A stretch of 64,000 nt of DNA from Chromatiales bacterium (GTDB lineage: Bacteria > Pseudomonadota > Gammaproteobacteria > Chromatiales > Chromatiaceae): positions 1,695 through 65,694 of the forward strand of contig JANQRK010000008.1 of NCBI GenBank assembly GCA_028284585.1. Direction: 5' to 3'. Under the pieces are notes generated by a model. That model made no database searches and was not told where the DNA came from. It saw nothing but the letters and a program-made list of their open reading frames with translations. Below are positions 59,216 through 64,000 of this stretch, one piece after another. The position numbers and the translations under genes are program-made. Each line of letters opens with the position of its first letter. The stretch's first letter is position 1.

Positions 59216-59456
59216 TAGATCGCTATTGGAACAGTAATTTGAAGCCGAGGGCGAGCTTTTTCCCAACGAGGTAGTTTTTTTAGCGCGCGGCGACAGTGGG
59301 CGATCGTGCCTCCCCCGGCTGGTGCGCCTTCAGCTAAGATGGTTCAATGCGGAACATCGGACGAATCCCGACATTCCGCTTTAGTGCGGCAAATCATCTA
59401 ACATCTTAGGGTAATTGGTCGCTGCCCATGCAGAGCCGGCTACAGCGAAGTGCAAA

Positions 59457-61007
59457 ATGAGTAATCGGGTACGCCCAGCGTCTCTCCTGATCCTCGACGG
59501 CTGGGGCTTGAGCGAAGACGCCGATCACAACGCCATCATGGCGGCCGAGACACCTGTCTGGGATCGTCTCTGGAATGATTTTCCTAGTACAGCCATCCGC
59601 ACCTCAGGATCGGCAGTAGGGTTGCCGGCTGGGCAGATGGGCAATTCCGAAGTCGGGCATATGAACCTCGGTGCCGGCCGGGTGGTGTACCAAGAGTTTA
59701 CGCGCATCAGCCGATCGATTCGAGCCGAGTCGTTTTTCAGCAACCGCACCCTTACCGACGCAGTCGATCTCGCCGTGGAGAACGGCAAAGCGGTGCATAT
59801 TCTCGGCTTGCTCTCGCCGGGCGGCGTGCACAGCCACGAGGAACATCTCCACGCCATGGCGCAATTGGCGGCGCAGCGGGGTGCCCGGCAGCTTTACATA
59901 CATGCCTTCCTGGACGGTCGCGATATGCTACCCAAGAGTGCCGAGCCGTCATTGGTGGCGATGGAGGAAGTCTTGGCGCGACTTGGCCACGGCCGCATCG
60001 CAACGCTGATCGGTCGCTACTATGCGATGGATCGAGACAACCGGTGGGACCGCGTCCAACAGGCCTATGATCTGATCACACAGGGTCGGGCGAAGCACAC
60101 GTCGGATGGTGTGGTCGAGGCCCTGCAAATGGCTTATCGGCGGGGCGAGACCGATGAGTTTGTCGCCGCCACGTGTATCGGGCCGCCGGTCACCGTCGCG
60201 GACGGCGATGTCCTGATAAATATGAATTACCGGTCTGACCGTGCCCGCCAGATAACGCGTGCCTTCATCGAACCGGACTTCTCAGGGTTCGAGCGCCAAT
60301 ACACACCCAGGCTAGCGGGATTCGTTTCGCTGACCGAGTACAGCAAGGATTTCGATATCCCAGTCGCCTATCCGCCGGAGCGGCTCGAAAATACCTTCGG
60401 CGAGTACATCGCCAACCTGGGTCTGCACCAACTGCGCATCGCCGAAACCGAAAAGTATGCCCATGTGACTTTTTTTCTCAATGGCGGAATAGAGACCCCG
60501 AACAGGGGAGAAGAGCGAATTTTGGTCCCCTCGCCGCAGGTCGCCACCTACGACTTGTTGCCGGAGATGAGCGCAAGGGAGGTGACCGATCGTTTGGTGG
60601 AGGCGATCCGAAGTGACCGTTTCGACGCCGTGATCTGCAACTATGCCAACGGCGACATGGTGGGCCATACCGGCAACTTCAGTGCCGCAGTCCAGGCGAT
60701 CGAGGTGTTGGATGAGTGCATCGGTCGCGTTGTCGAGGCGGTGCGCGAAGTCGGGGGCGAAATGCTCATCACCGCCGATCATGGCAACGCAGAGCAGATG
60801 ATGGATCCTAAATCCGGTCAGCCGCATACCGCACACACTACCAACCTGGTCCCTCTGATCTATGTCGGTGATCGGGCCCCGGCCCTAATGGAGAACGGGG
60901 CCTTGTGCGATGTTGCGCCGACCTTGCTCCAGATCATGGGACTGCGTCAGCCGGCTGAAATGACCGGCCGTTCGCTTTTATTGAAGGCCGACGCCGACGC
61001 TGCTTGA
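59457..61007 (+). CDS. gpmI: 2,3-bisphosphoglycerate-independent phosphoglycerate mutase
   Basis: [54 protein letters not shown]. Confidence 0.98.
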   Translation: MSNRVRPASLLILDGWGLSEDADHNAIMAAETPVWDRLWNDFPSTAIRTSGSAVGLPAGQMGNSEVGHMNLGAGRVVYQEFTRISRSIRAESFFSNRTLTDAVDLAVENGKAVHILGLLSPGGVHSHEEHLHAMAQLAAQRGARQLYIHAFLDGRDMLPKSAEPSLVAMEEVLARLGHGRIATLIGRYYAMDRDNRWDRVQQAYDLITQGRAKHTSDGVVEALQMAYRRGETDEFVAATCIGPPVTVADGDVLINMNYRSDRARQITRAFIEPDFSGFERQYTPRLAGFVSLTEYSKDFDIPVAYPPERLENTFGEYIANLGLHQLRIAETEKYAHVTFFLNGGIETPNRGEERILVPSPQVATYDLLPEMSAREVTDRLVEAIRSDRFDAVICNYANGDMVGHTGNFSAAVQAIEVLDECIGRVVEAVREVGGEMLITADHGNAEQMMDPKSGQPHTAHTTNLVPLIYVGDRAPALMENGALCDVAPTLLQIMGLRQPAEMTGRSLLLKADADAA

Positions 61008-61044
61008 CCCATTCGCAAGCGCGAATGCGCTGCCAGGCTCCAAG

Positions 61045-62241
61045 ATGCGGTTTGTGCCGAATTCTATGCACTGCTCATGGCTCGCCGTGGCGATCTTGCT
61101 GGTCTTGTGTCCGGCCCTGGGTTGGATTGAGCACTCGGCTGCGGCAGAGAACACCGAACATCGTCAACGACTGGATAGCTTGCGCACCCGAATCCGGGGA
61201 CTGCGCGAGCGCATGGAGGCCAATCGCGGCGAATCGAATGAACTGTCGCGCCTGCTAAAGGCGTCGGAACAGGCGATTGGACGCTTGGCACGATCGCTAC
61301 GCTTGCTCGACGATCGCCTCCGTCGACAGCGTGCTGAACTCGGCCGACTGCGCAACGAACAAACCACGCTGCGTGCTTCGCTCGACTCGCAACGGCAGGT
61401 CTTGGCGCGCCAGGTGCGCGCCGCCTATCTGATGGGACGCCAGGAGCGACTAAAGATCCTGCTCAATCAGCAGGACCCCGCTACTGTTGGCCGCATCATG
61501 GTCTATTACGATTACCTCAGTCGGGCACGAGCGCACAAAATGCTTCAGATCCAAACAGATATGCAACTGCTTGCGGAGACGGAGGAGGGTATCCGCGACC
61601 AAGAGCGCAAGCTCAGCGGGCTGCAGATCGCTCAACAAAAAGAGCTGGCCGAGCTGCGCCAGTCTCAGGACAAGCGCCAAGGGGTGCTCGTCGTATTGGC
61701 CCGTGAATTCAACGATCAAGGTCAGCAATTGAGTCGGCTGCAAACCGATGAGCGGGAATTGCGTACCCTGCTCGAGGGAATCGAGGAGGCCTTGGCCGAC
61801 ATCGCAGTCGAACACCCACAACAGCTCGCCTTCGCCGATCAGCGCGGGCGCTTGGCGTGGCCGGCCCGTGGGCAGGTTGCCAATCGCTTTGGCGCCGCGA
61901 GGCTCGGAAGGCTAGTCTGGGACGGTGTTATGATCTCGGCACCCGAAGGACAGGAAGTACGGGCCATCCATCATGGCCGCGTAGCTTTCGCTGATTGGCT
62001 TAGAGGGTTCGGGCTATTGATGATCGTTGATCATGGAGACGGGTTCATGAGCCTGTACGGCCATAATCAGAGCCTGTTCAAAGAGGCTGGGGATTGGGTA
62101 GAAGTGGATGAGCCGATCGCGCTGGTCGGTAGCAGCGGGGGGCGTGAACGCTCGGGCGTTTACTTTGGCATCAGGCATCACGGTCGCCCGGTCGACCCAG
62201 TCAAGTGGTGTCGCCGGCTCGCCGGTAACAAGGTTGGTTGA
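61045..62241 (+). CDS. envC: Murein hydrolase activator EnvC (coiled coil + M23)
   Basis: RAAYLMGRQERLKILLNQQDP; ADWLRGFGLLMIVDHG; LYGHNQSL. Confidence 0.94.
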   Translation: MRFVPNSMHCSWLAVAILLVLCPALGWIEHSAAAENTEHRQRLDSLRTRIRGLRERMEANRGESNELSRLLKASEQAIGRLARSLRLLDDRLRRQRAELGRLRNEQTTLRASLDSQRQVLARQVRAAYLMGRQERLKILLNQQDPATVGRIMVYYDYLSRARAHKMLQIQTDMQLLAETEEGIRDQERKLSGLQIAQQKELAELRQSQDKRQGVLVVLAREFNDQGQQLSRLQTDERELRTLLEGIEEALADIAVEHPQQLAFADQRGRLAWPARGQVANRFGAARLGRLVWDGVMISAPEGQEVRAIHHGRVAFADWLRGFGLLMIVDHGDGFMSLYGHNQSLFKEAGDWVEVDEPIALVGSSGGRERSGVYFGIRHHGRPVDPVKWCRRLAGNKVG

Positions 62242-62279
62242 AGAGATCTCCGCGCCGGCAGGTGGAGTTTGAGGTTGTT

Positions 62280-63599
62280 ATGAAGCAGAGATTGGTCGCA
62301 TTGCTGGTGCTCGCGAGCTTGGTGTCCGCTAGCCCGCTGGCGGCGGATACGACACCGGCCGAGGATCAAGAGAAGAGCCCAGGTCTTCCGCTCGACGAGT
62401 TGCGGGTGTTCGCCGAGGTATTCAGCCGCATCAAAAATGATTACGTCGAGCCGGTACACGATCGCAAGCTACTGAACTTTGCGATTGAGGGCATGCTCAG
62501 CGGGCTCGACCCGCATTCGGCTTACCTCGACGAAGAGGACTACCGCGATATACGGGTAGGCACCAGCGGCCAGTTCGGCGGATTGGGTATCGAAGTCGGC
62601 ATGGAAAACGGCTTCGTGAAAGTCATATCGCCGATCGACGATACCCCAGCACAACGCGCCGGAGTCCTGGCTGGCGACTTGATTATTCGACTCGACGAGA
62701 AGCCGGTGAAGGGCATGGCGCTGGAAGATGCGGTCAAATTGATGCGCGGCAAGCCCGGTACGGCGATCCGTTTGACCATAGTGCGCGAGGGCCAGGACAA
62801 GCCAGTCGAGATCAAGGTGGTACGCGACATCATCAAGACGGTCAGCGTCAAACAGCGCATGCTGGAACCTGGCTTTGCCTATCTGCGGGTCTCGCAGTTC
62901 CAGGCGCGCACGCCGGAGGACTTGCTGAAGAGTATCAGCAAGCTGAAACGCAGCGCCGGTGGCTCGCTCAAGGGCTTGGTGTTGGACCTACGCAACAACC
63001 CGGGTGGGGTGCTCAATGCCGCGGTGGCGATCAGTGATGCCTTCCTCACCAGTGGCACCATCGTCTACACCGAAGGCCGGATTCGAGATTCCCAGCTCAA
63101 GTTCAAGGCCGCGCCGGATGACGTACTCGAGGGGGCGCCGATCGTCGTTTTAGTCAACAGTGGCTCGGCCTCGGCCTCTGAGATCGTCGCCGGTGCATTG
63201 CAAGACCACAAACGGGCCGTGATCATGGGCCAGCAGACGTTTGGCAAGGGCTCGGTTCAGACCATCGTGCCGGTTAACGAGCGGACTGCGCTCAAGCTGA
63301 CCACAGCCCGCTATTTCACCCCTAACGGACGCTCCATTCAGGCCGAGGGCATCGTCCCCGACATCGAACTCGCTAACCTGCGCCTGACGCTGCGCGAGGA
63401 GGCCGGCGATCCACTCAAAGAGGCGGATTTAGCCCGCCACCTCATCAACTCGGAAGATGATGATAAGGGCGACGCCGAAGAACCGGCCGCCAAGAAGCCC
63501 AAAAAAGATGATGGTGAAGCCCAGACTGACTATGCTCTTAGCGAGGCGCTCAATCTGCTCAAAGGGCTGGCCATACTGCGCCCGGGTGACGAGGCCTGA
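62280..63599 (+). CDS. ctpA: S41-family carboxyl-terminal processing protease
   Basis: GLDPHSAYL, PDZ, LDLRNNPGG, GSASASEIVAGALQD, FGKGSVQT. Confidence 0.95.
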   Translation: MKQRLVALLVLASLVSASPLAADTTPAEDQEKSPGLPLDELRVFAEVFSRIKNDYVEPVHDRKLLNFAIEGMLSGLDPHSAYLDEEDYRDIRVGTSGQFGGLGIEVGMENGFVKVISPIDDTPAQRAGVLAGDLIIRLDEKPVKGMALEDAVKLMRGKPGTAIRLTIVREGQDKPVEIKVVRDIIKTVSVKQRMLEPGFAYLRVSQFQARTPEDLLKSISKLKRSAGGSLKGLVLDLRNNPGGVLNAAVAISDAFLTSGTIVYTEGRIRDSQLKFKAAPDDVLEGAPIVVLVNSGSASASEIVAGALQDHKRAVIMGQQTFGKGSVQTIVPVNERTALKLTTARYFTPNGRSIQAEGIVPDIELANLRLTLREEAGDPLKEADLARHLINSEDDDKGDAEEPAAKKPKKDDGEAQTDYALSEALNLLKGLAILRPGDEA

Positions 63600-63612
63600 T
63601 CGGCGGATCCGC

Positions 63613-64000
63613 ATGCGGTTTTTGCTACTCGCGATTTGCTGCCTGCTGTCGATACCATCGATGGGCGAGTCGCCGGAGGCCAAGATCGCCGTTATCATCG
63701 ATGATCTTGGCAACAATTGGGAACTTGGTCGGCAGGCTGTCGACTTGCCCGGGGCGATAACCTATGCCGTGTTGCCGCGGCGGGTCTACAGTGTAGCGCT
63801 CGCGCAGCGCGCCCATGTCGCCGGTAAAGAGGTCATGTTGCACCTGCCAATGCAGGCTTCCGATGGACGAAGGCTCGGCCGGGGCGGCTTGCACCTGGGT
63901 CTGAATCGCGCCGAGTTCGCCCGTCAAGTGCGCCTTGGACTCGCTGCGATCCCGCACGCGGTCGGTGTGAACAATCATATGGGTAGCCTGCTCACACGCC
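63613..64000 (+). CDS. Divergent polysaccharide deacetylase (YibQ-like), runs off right edge
   Basis: Manual translation from ATG 63613: KIAVIIDDLG, MLHLPMQ, GVNNHMGSLLT; not in ORF track. Confidence 0.92.
   Translation, partial: MRFLLLAICCLLSIPSMGESPEAKIAVIIDDLGNNWELGRQAVDLPGAITYAVLPRRVYSVALAQRAHVAGKEVMLHLPMQASDGRRLGRGGLHLGLNRAEFARQVRLGLAAIPHAVGVNNHMGSLLTR

Noticed and set aside
1-64000. CRISPR array, tRNA or rRNA genes
   Set aside because: No regularly spaced repeats or recognisable structural RNA signatures seen by eye; tRNAscan and Rfam not run

Overview
About 60% GC bacterial DNA, inferred to be Gammaproteobacterial (possibly Chromatiales-like) from the arsR-rhodanese-secB-gpsA / gpmI-envC-ctpA-yibQ gene order and the pspF-pspABC locus. 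No database searches were run; family names come from motif recognition. Layout: (1) 1-12073, minus strand: a giant LEPR-XLL surface protein (over 1535 codons, running off the left edge and absent from the ORF track). It is preceded by a four-gene cluster: GAF-HlyD adaptor, PqqD/RRE-like + M50 protease + HlyD fusion, C-terminally truncated SecA paralog, and small HlyD adaptor. There is no ABC or RND pump and no TolC. This is the best candidate for a poorly described dedicated export system. (2) 12.6-30 kb accessory region: M12B metallopeptidase, RstAB-like two-component system, GNAT, three tandem lipoproteins, EcsC, several hypotheticals and a small Cys-rich tandem-repeat protein. (3) pspF/pspABC with recognisable sigma54, IHF and PspF-UAS sites. 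(4) An operon of phosphate-type porin, PhnD-like binding protein, 1655-aa hybrid kinase-GGDEF-EAL and HDOD protein, bracketed by a 13-bp repeat and adjacent to an IS110 remnant and a group II intron whose RT has a nonsense codon. (5) Two cNMP-HDOD paralogs, pyrD, trmL, a membrane GGDEF-EAL, dodecin, a CusBA-type efflux unit and housekeeping genes. No rRNA, tRNA or CRISPR array was recognised.
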